64,000 nt of DNA from assembly GCA_951406725.2 (NCBI GenBank), contig OX597825.1:7564001-7628000 (forward strand), read 5' to 3'. The notes beneath the pieces are model-generated. The model worked only from the letters and a program-made list of their open reading frames with translations. It had not been told where the DNA came from and ran no database searches. Both the position numbers and the translations under genes were made by a program. Positions 40,340 to 55,360 of this stretch are shown in pieces. Origin of the DNA: Octopus vulgaris. Taxonomy: Eukaryota. Positions within the stretch are counted from its first letter, which is position 1. The number at the start of each line of letters is the position of its first letter.

Positions 40340-41542
40340 TACATATATGCAAGTTGCAGTAATGTAGTCCGGTTATTACAAATTTAATCAGTAAGAAGTT
40401 AAGGACAGTGTACCAAGAACAAGACAGAGGAAATATAAAGGGTTATAATTGATTGCTGTAAAACATTTTGTCAAATGATCAGCCGATTCTTTTAATGGTT
40501 TTCTTTTACCCGTTGTTCAATTTGACCCCTTTTTTGTGAGGTATGTATGTATTTAACCTTACCACCCTAACTGCTAGCTTTTAGATCCCTATAACCCGAC
40601 TTTCGAAAGATTTATCCAATCACAAAACTCGCTCCGCTGTCTGTCTATGTTTCATTCATACTCTCAGAAACAGTTTGCGAGTCTTTCATCAGAAGAGGCC
40701 TGCATTGTATTCTGCTGCCTAAATTCCGGTGTCAGTCGTTCTTACTTGTTATCAAAGGTTTGATATAATTACAAGGCTCGGCCTTCTAGGTAAACTGCAT
40801 ACAGGCAATGCTTATGTCAGTAATAATAACGCTCAGGATTTAGTCATTCGATAAGCAATAACCAACAAACGCGAACCAAGTTAAATTGGGGTACATACGG
40901 ACCTTAAAACACTTAGAGACGTTACATAACAAGGCTACTGACAAGCGACGGAAACATGAAATCCATGATATAATTAGAATGGCCGTCTAACTTCAATGGC
41001 TAAACTAAATTCTTTGAACAATCCAACATGTTTTTGTCATATAACGTTTCGGAGTTCCAAGCAGCATATGAAAACGCAAATAGTGTGATGTGAAACAGAA
41101 ATAAAAAGGAAAAAAAAAACTCCCAACATAACCTGGGTATAATGCGTAAATTTACAACACAAACACTACACTGCCAACATAGATATCTTTCCACACGACC
41201 TTATATATACAGTAACAGTATCCAATTGACCTCTATCTTCTCTAGATGACCAGTTTGTTCTCTGGGGTAATGAATTATGTCTTTACGCTGACGATTTCAC
41301 ACAGTTTGCAGCACAAAAGAAAGCAAGGCTGCGAGCAACTACGTTAACCGAAAATATTGACAGGTCGATTGCTTGTCTTGATGCTAAGAAAGAACATTTG
41401 ACCATTTACAATCAATTGTTCTATAAAAGAACGTAAGTACAAGCAAATATGGTTGTGAGAGAAACAGTGAAAATATATATATATATACACCATTGTAATT
41501 ATATATCCTTATACGATATAATACTATTTCAGCTGAATAAAA

Positions 41543-41581
<39 letters not shown>

Positions 41582-41590
41582 CATTATTAT

Positions 41591-41964
41591 TATTACCCCG
41601 GCCTTAGAGTAGTCGGAGCTATTGTTTTCGGTCGCGTTTGTTTGTTTGTTTGTTTGTCCGTGGACAAGACATCTCAAGAACCACTGAATGGATTCGAATG
41701 AAACCTTCAGGGATGTTTGGCCATGTAACTGGCACAAACTGATTAGATTTTGAGATCCGATCCGGTACCGGACAAGGATTCTGGATTATTTTTCCGTTTT
41801 TTTTTTACTTAATCCTTGAGAGCGGTTGGGTTCATTTTTAATATTCTCGTTTGTGAGAGCCATCAAGTTTATTTCAGATATTCTCATTCCAAAAATCATC
41901 TCTGGCTAATCATTGAGAGGACATTAGTGTTGCCTTGGTGGAGGTTTGCGCTCTCTGAGTGCTC

Positions 41965-41969
<5 letters not shown>
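41591..41969 (+). mobile_element. Helentron-like (HINE/DINE-type) non-autonomous element, complete, in (TTA)n
   Basis: 5' tattacccc subterminal motif, internal (GTTT)n, 3' ccttggtggagg, terminal hairpin gcgctc tct gagtgc, T-rich ends. Confidence 0.7.
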
Positions 41970-42002
<33 letters not shown>

Positions 42003-42678
42003 TTACATTCGCCCAGTGCCCTAGCAATGCTGATCTGTCGGTTTACGTCGACTACCTGCTGTCACGTGCCGATCGGATTCCGGCTATAGTCTGAATCCAT
42101 TATCGTACCTATACACCATCATCTTCTTCTTCCTTTTCTTCTTCTTCTTCTTCTTCTTCTTCTTCTTCTTGTTGAAGATTCTGGAATCCTTAAACTGAGT
42201 TAAGCATTGACAATTACTCAAGCGATAATTGTCTTCTACGCACATGTGGATGTGACATATATGTGTGTATGTATGTATGTATGTATGATTGTGTATGTGT
42301 ACATATGTGTGTGTATACATTTAATTATATGTAGTTGTGTGTAAATATTTTTGCATCTGAATTTAGGTCTGTCTCTAATTAACCATACACATATCTGTCT
42401 GTGTGTCTCTCAGTATCTGACCCTCTATCTATTTACAGTCCACACGCCAAATTAACTTATCGATCTCTCTTACGTATCAAATCATATGGCAATCTATAGT
42501 CTCTCTCTCTCTCTCTGCATTTCTTTCTGGTTGGCTGGCAATCTCTCCCTCCCTCTCAATACATATTCAAGTATTGTATTCGTGCAACCGTTGTCTCCAT
42601 CCATGCCAGTCAGTTTCCCTGTACCTTTCTGGCTGTATCACCCTATCACTCAAACCTCTTCCTCCTCCTTCTTCTTCT

Positions 42679-42832
<154 letters not shown>

Positions 42833-42940
42833 GATACATTCATACATACACTAACACATAAACAGTGCTTCAGCATGACCGCAGAGTCGCTTGGTTAAAG
42901 CACATGAAAGAAATCAAATGCACACACACACGCACGCACG

Positions 42941-43012
<72 letters not shown>

Positions 43013-43273
43013 CACACACACAAGCACGCACACACACATACACACACACAAGCACGCACACACACACATACACACACACAAGCATGCACACACACACACA
43101 CCATTTAACTCGCTACAACTTCGACGAAATGACTACAACGCACTATTAATATCTACCTCACCTTTCTCTATATACTTGACTATGTGTCTGTTTGTCTCTT
43201 TGTCTGCTGTCTGTATGTCTCTCGCCCTATTTCTCTCCCCTCCTCTATCTATCTATCTATCTATCTATCTTGG

Positions 43274-43366
<93 letters not shown>

Positions 43367-43444
43367 GTATCTATCTTTCTACATGTCTGGCTGCATGTCT
43401 CTGTCTAAGCACATACATATACACCCATTTGTATGATTATGAAT

Positions 43445-43830
43445 AGGAGTGGCTGTGTGGTAAGAAGCTTGCTTCCTAGCCACATGGTTACGGGTTCAGC
43501 TCCACTGCGTGGCACCTTGAGCAAATATCTTCAGCTGAAGCCTCGGGCCGACCACAAAGCTCGTTGTGTGTGTGTGTGTGTGTGTGTATGTGTGTATGTG
43601 TGTGTGTGTGCGTATGTAGGTATTTGTGTGTCTATGTTTGTTCCTCACCATCACTTGGCAGCCGATGCTGGTGTGTTTATGTCGCCGTAACTTAGCAGTT
43701 TGGCAAAAGTAACCGATAGAATAAGTACTAGGCTTACAAAGGGTCCTGGGGACGATATGTTCGACTAAAGGCATTGCTCCAGCCTGGTCGCACTCAGATG
43801 ACTTAAACATGTAAAATAATGAAAGAATAG
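43445..43830 (+). mobile_element. SINE family A, diverged
   Basis: aggagtggctgtgtggtaag...ggcaccttgagcaa...ccgatagaataagtacta. Confidence 0.8.
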
Positions 43831-44322
43831 AAGAATACGTGTAGATCTCTATCTTCATAAATATGGTGAAGACGCATATTTTAGTCTTTAAGTGTAAGCA
43901 TCCACCAAGAGACAAGAATGCTATGCAAATGTGACCATATGTCTACAGGCGTATATTTCTGTAGTTTAGAGTTTATGCGAGTGTGTATATTGCTGTAGCT
44001 AAATATATGTTCAACACTCGCGTGCGTGTATTTGCCAGTTATTCCTTATGATTCCTCACGGCGGTGCGGTGAGGAGATTATCTACGCCAAAACTATCTTC
44101 ATAAAATGTCTACCATGCGTTTATGGAATCCAGTCAGCAGAGCCGTGCTCTGTTTATTCACACACACACATTGTATGTATATATATATATATATATATAA
44201 ATGAAGATAGATGTATGTTTATATATGTATATATTATTTGCGTGTGAATATATGTTTATATCTGCATATATACAAATATATATATTTGTATCACTCTATA
44301 TATAATATATGAATATAGATAT

Positions 44323-44424
<102 letters not shown>

Positions 44425-44602
44425 GTATGTATGTATTCATATACATATGAATGTGTGTGTATATAAGCTCATATATACACGTGTATGTTTTGGCACTTTG
44501 TCCGAAATTTCAGTCAGAGGAGCTGAGCTACATATAACTTGATACATATATACATATCTGTGCCTGAATGTGTTTGTGTGTCTGTATATACGTATGTGTG
44601 TG

Positions 44603-44640
<38 letters not shown>

Positions 44641-44726
44641 AGTATGTGTCTGTATATCTAGATACGTATATAGAAATACATAGACACACAGGCGCGTGAG
44701 CGCGCACAGACTGACACATATGTGTT

Positions 44727-44776
<50 letters not shown>

Positions 44777-45305
44777 CACACACACGCACGCAAACAAAGA
44801 GAGAGAGAGATAGAGAGAAAGGTAAGGAGAGAGAGAGACATTCCATGAAAGCCTGTACGTGTGCTGCATTGTGTATTCATGTATAAATACAGTTATATGT
44901 ATGTTTTGGCACAATGGTCGTTTGTGGCACCGCTCTTTTGGCACTTTCCTTCCCCCCGCCCCCACCTCATTCTCCTAAGTATTTCCGAAGAAAATGGAGG
45001 AATATTCGTTTGAATATTAGCAGAAAGTATTTATATTGAAGCGAGACAACAGAAAATTGCAACCAACACACACATCCCTACCTTTTACTTTACTGACGCA
45101 TACACCTTTACAACACCGAACACACACACATACACAGTCGTATAGATCTGTTTATATACCCATATCTATGCCTGCTTATACATATCTCATGTTCTCTATC
45201 TATCTGTCGATCTATCTATCTATTTATCTATTTATCTATCTGACTGTCTGTTTGTCTGTCTATCTATCTATCTATCTATCTATACACACATATATATATA
45301 TACAA

Positions 45306-45368
<63 letters not shown>

Positions 45369-45371
45369 TGC

Positions 45372-45522
45372 TTGACTGCGGGGTAAGAAGCTTCTTTTCC
45401 AACCCCATGGTTCTGGGTTCAGTCTCACTAAGGCACACCTTCGGCAAATATTTTCAACTGTAGTCTCGGGCCGACGAAGACCTTGTGAATAGATTTCGTA
45501 GACGGAAACTGAAAGAAGCTCG

Positions 45523-45525
<3 letters not shown>
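45372..45525 (+). mobile_element. SINE family A 5' half
   Basis: ggtaagaagctt...ggttcagtctcac...gtagacggaaactgaaagaagctcgtcg, followed by (CA)n/(TA)n. Confidence 0.75.
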
Positions 45526-45580
<55 letters not shown>

Positions 45581-46215
45581 GTATGTGTGTATATATTTGT
45601 GTGTGTGTGTATGTGTGTGTATTTATATACATGTGAGTACACACGTACTTATGTACGTATGTTCCAATGTGAACAAAAAACACAGACGTTGTTCCAGTTT
45701 CTATTAATAACTATTAATAATAAAAAGAAAATTTTTAAAAATAAGCATTTACTGGAAATCGAAACCACATTTCACACTCGAATTGCTTGGAAGTGACCGT
45801 TACCTCCCTTGTGCCCGCCACATTAGACTAGTTGTTTATAACTCTACTGAAGGTCTAAATGCATTCCTCTTCAAGAACGTACATTTGGCGATATAGGATA
45901 GGTGAGAAAGAGTAAAACTGCCAAGTTTTATATTTATGTGTCGGATGTTAAGGTTTAGAGTTACCAAACTCCAAAGTATTCTTCACCTCCTTTCGCTTCT
46001 GCTTCATACTGTAAATTCTGTAGATTTGTCGACGGGAATGTTGGTTATTGCCAAGTTTCCTTTGTACAGCATTAGAGAAACAAACGATTTTTAACTGGGT
46101 ATCTACAGAATCTAAATGGTTCAATTACTTCTCCAATGGTTTATCTCAGCGGTTGATTTACACCAACTAATTACTGACTCTGGCTGCAGGTAGCAAAGGG
46201 TTAAACGAGTAAAAT

Positions 46216-46272
<57 letters not shown>

Positions 46273-46274
<2 letters not shown>

Positions 46275-46451
46275 GAGAATTCACGAAAAAAACAAAAGAC
46301 GAAGACAGGTGGCGTAGAAAACAAAGAGATGTATTAGTATGACGCTCGGGAATTGAAAAAAGTCTTTTATGTTTCGAGCCTACGCTCTTCCACAGAAGGG
46401 AACACAAAGAAACAAGGGGAGAAAACAAGAGTGTGTAGTGGCTACCGATCT

Positions 46452-46457
<6 letters not shown>
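46273..46457 (-). mobile_element. Family Y short element with hammerhead-like motif, in (TA)n
   Basis: Minus strand reads CTGTGGA-A-gagc gtag gctc-GAAA-ca-TA-aaaga at about 46363-46400; (TA)n on both sides. Confidence 0.7.
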
Positions 46458-46499
<42 letters not shown>

Positions 46500-46663
46500 A
46501 TAGTATTCTCTTTATATACACCTAGATATTGTTGATGCTGTTAATAAAAATGGTTTAATGTCTTTCTTTCTTTCTGTCTGTTTGCCTTTCTTTCTTTCTC
46601 TTGGTCTATTTAATTTTCGTACAATTCACCGATTTGGTTTAATCTGCTGCGTGCGTACATATA

Positions 46664-46755
46664 CGATAGAATAAGTACTAGGATTACAAAGAATATGTCC
46701 CGCTCGACTAAAAGCGGTGCTCCAGCATGGCTGCAGTCAAATGATTGAAACAAGT

Positions 46756-46758
<3 letters not shown>
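46664..46758 (+). mobile_element. SINE family A 3' tail
   Basis: cgatagaataagtactagg...ggtgctccagcatggctgcagtcaaatgattgaaacaagtaa. Confidence 0.8.
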
Positions 46759-46850
<92 letters not shown>

Positions 46851-47392
46851 AAAGGATGTGTTATAATAATGTTCCATATATGCAAAAACAGCCATACCAA
46901 CAATCCAACATATCTCCATCATCAGCTGCCCCACGGATATCATTATAGTTTCGACACCTGGGGATACTATTCAGTTAAAATAAGTGCTGCTTGGGAACAA
47001 ACAAATCAAAGAAACCACAACTTCCAGGCACGATGTACAACAGTATCGGTAAATATATGCAATAAGTAAATCTATAACCAATTCCTAAACACGTAACTAA
47101 ACACCGACCAAACCTTCAAGTTATACAAAATATATTCCTTCCAGTTTTCCATAGTATAATATATATATATACCCGCGTGTGCAAATATACATAGGCATAT
47201 ATACCATCGTGCACATATGCTGTCAGCTAAAGGCTCCCATATTTCAATTTATTTGACGAAAGAGGCAAGACGTGATGTCTTAGAAAAGCCCGTATATGTA
47301 ATATAGTTGACTCTACTACAAATATTCCACGATAAATGTTTACTTTTATTTAAAAATTTATAAAATTTACAACCCTAATATCGACGTTAATG

Positions 47393-47453
<61 letters not shown>

Positions 47454-48118
47454 TGATGATGATGATGATGATGATTGCATAGATGTATATGTTTGTGAAT
47501 GTGTATAAATAACGCATACACAAATACACATATGCATATAGGTATAGATATACGCATTCAAATATATATTTTAAGTTTGGTTATATGTGTGTGTGTGTGT
47601 GTTATTGCGATTGTGTTATTTTGTTTATGTGTGATGTGTATTTGTATATATATATATATATGTATATGTGTATATTTTGAATTATGTGATGTGGGTAGAC
47701 GGTTATTTGAGACAGAGAGAAATACAAAAAAAATCATCAAATACAACCTGTTATGATAAAAAAAAGAAATACGGAGAAAGCCAGAGAAAAACTGCGCTGA
47801 TATCGATCTAATAATTCAATTAATAAGTTTGAAATCAGAAAACATAAATTCTTCCAAAATATTGTTGCTATTCTCACCTTATATTTCCCTTTCGTCGCTA
47901 TTTTCCGTATACACGCAGACACATACAGGAATCAATTCATACGTATAGACATACATGCAAATACATATATGCACACAGACGCTCATAGAATCAGTACATA
48001 GATACAGTTACATTGATATACATACATACATATATGGGTGCATACATATATGGGTAGATACATATATGCGTACATACATACATACGTACATACATACATA
48101 CATACATACATACATACA

Positions 48119-48183
<65 letters not shown>

Positions 48184-48258
48184 CTAGAAAGTATATGTAT
48201 GCAAGCTTAAGTGAAATCGATTCGTTAAAAATGTTCACCCCCACCAATGCTGCTGCTG

Positions 48259-48318
<60 letters not shown>

Positions 48319-48661
48319 TTACAAATCATATTTAGCAATTCCTTGTCATGCCAAGAACACTCCCCCCAATATAAATTATTGCTCTATCAAGGGAATATAA
48401 TGTGTATTTCTCACATAAGATTTCGCTCTATAATTTCAGCCGGCATAATTTTAATACTTTCCCCCTGCACGCACACACTTCTACATATGTGCATGTGTAC
48501 GCATTTACGCTTTCATGCATTCAGTCACACATACGTTGCATGTGGAAACAGGAGGGCATAAAACCGCCATGCGCTAAAACCGTGCATCCCGATTCACTTA
48601 TGCATTCAGCCGGTCCATTGAATATCTATGTGCGCGTGTGTGTGTTTGTGTGTCCTTATGC

Positions 48662-48708
<47 letters not shown>

Positions 48709-49104
48709 TTTATGCTTGTATGTGTGTGTGTGTGTGTGAGTGTCCTTATGCCGTTTACGTGTGACAGAGCGCGCACGAGGAAATCTGTAATTTGTCGACG
48801 TTTGAAAATTAAAGCTGTCATTTATTTATATTGAGATGTGCCCTGGGTATATCAATGGTCATAAGATGCAAACATATACATATGTGTGTGTGTATGTGTT
48901 TGTGTGTGTGTGTGCACGCGTGTGCATCTGTGTGTGTGTTTTTGTTTGCTTGTGATGGTGATATATGGCGGCTAATTTTGGAAGTATGCTTTTTTTCTGG
49001 TCAATATCAAGAAATATGGCCTACATAAAGTTATTAAAAGGAGACTTAGTCCAAGTCGTTTGCCAATGAAGGTTATTTATATTTGTTTTTATTGCAGTTC
49101 CTCC

Positions 49105-49330
<226 letters not shown>

Positions 49331-49710
49331 TGTCATGTCAACATTTCTTACTGTTAATATACACGGCTGTCTGCTCTGACATTACCGTTAAGTATTTAAG
49401 CCTAATGATAAAGATAGATAAACCTGAATAATGCTGGTGCCCCAGAATGACCAGAACAAGGAGCACACAGAAAAGAGTTAAACAGTAAGGTACATAGCTA
49501 TTTGACGATAAGATTATTTCACTTTAATCTAACTATGATATATCTTGCCATATTTCATTGTCTGCAATCTACTGATGCATCCATGTACGTGGATAGATAG
49601 AGAGACAGACAGACAAACGGATAGATAGATAGATAGATAGATAGATATATAGATAGATAGATAGATAGACAGACAGAACGACAGACAGACAGATATATAT
49701 ATATATATAT

Positions 49711-49837
<127 letters not shown>

Positions 49838-50917
49838 CGGATATAAGGCTTAGAAACACTTGACCATTAAAACCTGTAAGATCATATGAGCAGCTTAACT
49901 TTATATTTATTATCTCCAACAATATTTTATTGTACGACGTTAAAATTCATATCGCTCCGCAGCTGTATTCCTTGAAATATACCGACGCATCATGAAAATC
50001 GGGTGTCTCTGTTATAGTGTTCCTTATTTTGGTGTTCATTTCCTTAAGTATACACTTATTCCCTTATTTCTCTCTCACTTTGTGCCTCTATATCTCAGTT
50101 GCTTTCTCCCTCTCATTTCAACTACACCACATTCTCTGAAGTAAACACTCTCTTTCTCTCTCTCCATCGTCCTCTTCTTCCAACTATCTATTTAAGTACA
50201 TAACCGAATGGCAATCCTTTTCTGCTAACTCTCACCTCTTTCACTCTTCTCACTTACTTTTATTTTTCATTTCGCCTCTTTCTTCGCGCAAAGACGTGAC
50301 AGCGTCACACATTTGACCTCAGCGTATTGATATATAGCTAAGGAATAACACCGCATTTGTGTATTAAATGATATATCGCCTCTAGACCAGTGCAAGTTTA
50401 TCCACACAGCCACACATGTGCTCAAACCAACCAATTCAGATAACCAGAAAACTCGAAGAGCTGTCTTGACTTAAACGAAAGAGCTTTGCCACTTTGTTAG
50501 TGAGTGGCATTGATACCGCAAAGAAAAGAAAACAAAAATAACTGAAATAAATCCATCCATACATGAAATCTAAAAGCAATGGCCGAAAAAAAAATCAAAT
50601 CAAATCAAAACTTCTATATTGAAATGAAACACATTTATTTCTAACACTGGGCAGAGATATATTTCTGTGAAGTAGATGATAGAAAATGTGTCTATAGACT
50701 TCATGAGAAGGAAATTATCACACACACACACACACACACACGCTCACATACACACACACATGCACACACATACACACACATGCATATTTGTATGTGTATA
50801 TGTAAGTTCTATCATAAACGTATGTTGTAACGCGCCATCTTTGTATGTATTAGTTTAAACTTCTTGTTGATTTCTTGAATCACTTATTGTTAATCAGCTT
50901 CTTCGGAAGCGACTTTA

Positions 50918-50950
<33 letters not shown>

Positions 50951-51171
50951 GTAGTAGCGGTGGTAGTGGTGATTATAGTAGCGGTGGTAGTGCTGGAGGT
51001 CGTAGTAGTAATATTATTGTTATTATTATTATTATTGTTATTATGCGTAGTAGTAGTAGGTGGTGGTGGTAGTGGTGTTTATAGTAGCGGTGGTAGTGCT
51101 AGAGGTCGTAGTAGTAATATTATTATTTTTACTATTATTATTATCATTATTATTATTATTATTATTATTAT

Positions 51172-51213
<42 letters not shown>

Positions 51214-51362
51214 TTGATGATGATGTTGTTAGTGTTGTGGTATTATGTGTGGATATCAGCAGGAGTCTTTGTGAGACGTACAATAGCATCTCAGGAACTA
51301 GATAATAGCTCACCCAGCAACAGTGTCAAAAAAATCAGGAAGTCACAATACTAGTGAATATG

Positions 51363-51425
<63 letters not shown>

Positions 51426-52132
51426 ACACACACACACAAAGATATGTGAAGGTAAACAGATCAGATATCGCTGCTAAAGCAGAACACACGCACACACACA
51501 TACACACACACAAACATACACTCACAAAGAAAAAAAAAACATTTCTTTGCCTATAGAATCTAAAATTCTATACAAACTATAAAGTATAGACTTAAAAATA
51601 GAAATAGAGATTTGTGGAAAGGCTCGAAATGAAAACACAAGCCACAGAAATAACAGCGAGTCTGTCGGGAATCGTTAAGATTTTCAAAATTACACTATTT
51701 CTTACGAAGGATACGAGGACAGTCATAGCTTGGATACATAAAAGGAAACCCATGGAAAGGCCAGTCACCTGATAATTATATACTTCTTCCCAGTATCAAT
51801 TCACTTTGGCGCTATTTATTAGATTTTTAACCTCCGATCTATAGAGTCTTATAAGTTTATTTAGCTATTCAGTTGCTAAGTCTTGTGGTAGTTTTTGCGA
51901 TGTTATACTTCACCGATGAGCCTGAAAATTGAACCTGTCTAGGGTAGATTCTTTTATTCCGGAATGAAATTTATATTTTTGTCTTCAAGTAAAATTATTT
52001 TGTCTTTAATAATATTTTGAGCATTGTCTTTCTGTTTGCTCTTTTTTTTATGGAATTTTGTTTCAGTAGACAAGGCAAAACAGATCATCAGACACAAACA
52101 TTACAAATAAATCAACAACATCTGTTAACACA

Positions 52133-52960
52133 CTGGAGTGTGTAACGAAATCTAAGTACCCGCCCTTTAAAAAAAATTTGGGGGGAATCTATTTTTTTCG
52201 AGAATTCTACTTTTGAATAATTTTGGAATCTATTCTGTTTCCTTTTTTTTTAGTTAATTTTAGTTAATCTTTGTTTATTTTCAAATCATTAAAATGGAAT
52301 GTCAAGTTAAGAAAAACGAGCATTTTAGACACCTCCTTCTTTTTGCTTTTAATCAAGGTTCTAAAGCTCGCGACATTCGTGCTTTGTATGGACAGGGTGT
52401 CATAGCTGAAAGAACCGCTCGTGAAAGTTCAAAAATGGAAATTTTGACCTCAAAGATGCACCTCGTTCCGGCCGTCAAGTTGACTTCGATGAAGAGCAAT
52501 TCAACTGACTTTTGCACGAAAATTCTCGTCAAATGACAAGGGAACTGGCAGAGAAAATTGAATGCTCCCACACTGCTATAGAGAAGCATCTTCACTCGAT
52601 GGGAAAGGTTCAGATGTGTGGTGCATTGGTTCCGCATGCTTTAAGAGACATCAACAAAAATTGCTTGGACAGAACCAAACGGTCATCGCGGAACTCTAAG
52701 TTCAACGGATGGAACGACTCAACACTTAATCGGCAGCATGGAGTTCTTCTGCTGCACGACCACGCCCGCCCTCATATCGCCAATACGAACAAGGAAGCCA
52801 TTCAAACGCATGGCTGGGAAGTGCTGCCACACCCGCCGTACTCTCCTGATTTGGTACTAACGGATTTTCACCTCTTTCGATCTCTTTCAAATGCTATGCG
52901 CGGAATTTCGTTATATACTGATGCAGAATTGAGAGATTGGTTGCAGGAGGTGAAATTCTG
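52133..52960 (+). mobile_element. Defective mariner transposon (transposase pseudogene, internally deleted and 3'-truncated)
   Basis: N-terminus MECQVKKNEHFRHLLLFAFNQG, frameshifted DAPRSGR, LVPHAL (WVPHEL-like), LLLHDHARPH and WEVLPHPPYSPDL..TDFHLFRSL. The region with the first catalytic Asp is missing. Probable left TIR near 52133-52165. Confidence 0.9.
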
Positions 52961-54525
52961 CTTTTACCATCAAAGAGAAAGGAAGTAAGCAACAAGAGTG
53001 GGTTGACACAAAAACAACAACTACAACAACAATAGCAACAACATAAGATGTGTTACAAGTAGGAGCAAAAGACCAGCAACGACATTGGGTGTATAAAATG
53101 GGGAAATTCCTACAGAAAGGAAAGTAAGTCTGATTCAAGAGCAACAAATGATTCAAGAGCAACAAAGAACAACGGCAACAAATGTACAACAACGACAACA
53201 ACAAGAGCAGCAGTAGCGGCAGTAGCAGCAGCATTGAGACCAACATCATTGGAAACAATGAGTCTCCAGTAACTAACTACTTAAAGAGTAACGTCTACCC
53301 CACCTTCTCCTCCTCCTCCTCCTCCAATCTCCTCCACCTGATCCTTCTCCATCTCCTTCTCCTTTTCCTCAGCCTTTCTATCACTGTTATCATCAACACC
53401 TTGCCATAGAAATTAGCCAATGGAATAAGCGGAACGCTGGAATTTGATAGCGATATGGTCTAAAGATAAATACCCAAATATAAATTGAGTGAGAGAATGG
53501 ATATCAGCAGGATTTGGAGACGAAAAGGACAAAGAAATGAAAGACAAAAACAAGAAAAAAAAAACAAAGGAAAGACAAAATAACCTGAAATTCAAAAGAA
53601 AAATTTCAAAAAATCGCAAAGAATAGAAATGTATAAAAAAGTAAATAAATAAATAAATAAATAAATAAATGGATGAATAAATAAATAATAAGACGAAAAA
53701 GAAATAAATTAAATTGTTTCAAATAGTATTCGATGAAATGATATTTCGATAATCGATAGCAGAAAAATAAATAGAAAGCAGGTGTCGCCGAATTACTTCA
53801 TTATTTATTTATGGGTTGTATTGAAGTGAAGTGCTCTGTTGAGCAAGTATCTCTACACCCATATTGATGTTATCACCAAAACTAGGCTGTGTAGATAGCC
53901 AAGTTAACTAGTAATATCAATACATTCTTGTGTATTGATGGTGGTGTTGATGAAGAAGCGGATGTATGCGTTTATAGATTGACATGTATGCAGAGAGCAG
54001 TGCAACTGTGAATATATGCACGACGACTCGTATATATGTATGTGCATCAGACATGTTTGTGCGTATATGTGATGTGTGTATATGTTTGTGTATAGGTTTC
54101 CTTCTGTGTCTTGAAGTCCAAAATCATTATAAAACCTAATCTTGCGTTTCCGCGCACAACATTCTAAGTAGATCGCTTCTGTGGATCTAAACACATTTGG
54201 TGTTATTGCAAAGATTGATTTCGAGAGAAACCGTAAAATTAACGAGAAAAAGTAATCAGGAAGTAGAACATGGCATTTCTGAAAGTCTGCTGCAGCCTAA
54301 GATGACCCACATTACACACACACACACACACACACACGTATTTATATACGCATGCACGATCATATATATTTATTACGATATGCACATGATGTTGGTGATG
54401 TGTTAACAAGAGGCAAACAAGGTTGTATTGCCTTGTCATATGCATGGAGTGCATGAATATAGGACTGCATGATATGTATATGTGTAGATTCGTGCGTACT
54501 ACATGCCAATATATTTATATATATA

Positions 54526-54676
54526 GATGTGGTAAGGGGCTTGCTTCCAAACCAAATGGTTCCGGGTTCAGTCCCACTGCGTGGCACCCTGGGCAGGTGT
54601 CTTCTTCTATAGCCTCGAGCTGACCAGAGCGTTGTGAGCGGATGTAGTAGATGGAAACTGAAAAGAAGCTCATCGT
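54526..54676 (+). mobile_element. SINE family A 5' half
   Basis: tgtggtaag...ggttccgggttcagtcccactgcgtggcaccctgggcaggtgtcttcttctatagcc. Confidence 0.8.
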
Positions 54677-54744
54677 ATATACATACATACATGCATACAT
54701 ATATATGTATACACACACAAATATAGACTATGTATATATGTATA

Positions 54745-54972
54745 TTACTCTTTTTTCTCTTTTACTCTATTATTTGTTTCAGTCATGCTGGAGCACCGCC
54801 TTTAATCGAGCAAATCGACCCCGGGACTTATTCTTTTGTAAGCCCAGTACTTATTCTATCGGTCTCTTTTCCTATAGTAGAAGACACTTGCCCAAGGTGC
54901 CACGCAGTGGGACTGAACCCGGAACCATGTGGTTGGTAAACAAGCTACTTACCACACAGCCACTCCTGCGCC

Positions 54973-54973
<1 letters not shown>
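54745..54973 (-). mobile_element. SINE family A with internal deletion
   Basis: Head (54872-54973) joined directly to tail (54745-54870). Confidence 0.8.
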
Positions 54974-55011
<38 letters not shown>

Positions 55012-55171
55012 CCATTGCAATAAATTCGGATATTAATACATCTGCATATTGTTTTTATTTACTGTCAATTATACAACATATTTTACTTAAATTTATCCGA
55101 CGCACTAGCTCCTACGCTACCTGTCGGGATATCTTAGCCCTATCTATCGATTACATATATATATGTATGTA

Positions 55172-55214
<43 letters not shown>

Positions 55215-55239
55215 GTATATATATATACACACACATAAA

Positions 55240-55360
55240 AGAGATCGATAGAATAAACACTAGGTTTAAAAAACAGGTTTGGGTTCGATTTTTTCGACTA
55301 AAACACTTCCAGGCAGTCCTCCAGCATGGCCACATTCAAATGATTGAAACAAATAAAAGA
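55240..55360 (+). mobile_element. SINE family A 3' tail, diverged
   Basis: gatcgatagaataa...ttcgactaaa...ctccagcatggccacattcaaatgattgaaacaaataaaaga. Confidence 0.7.
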
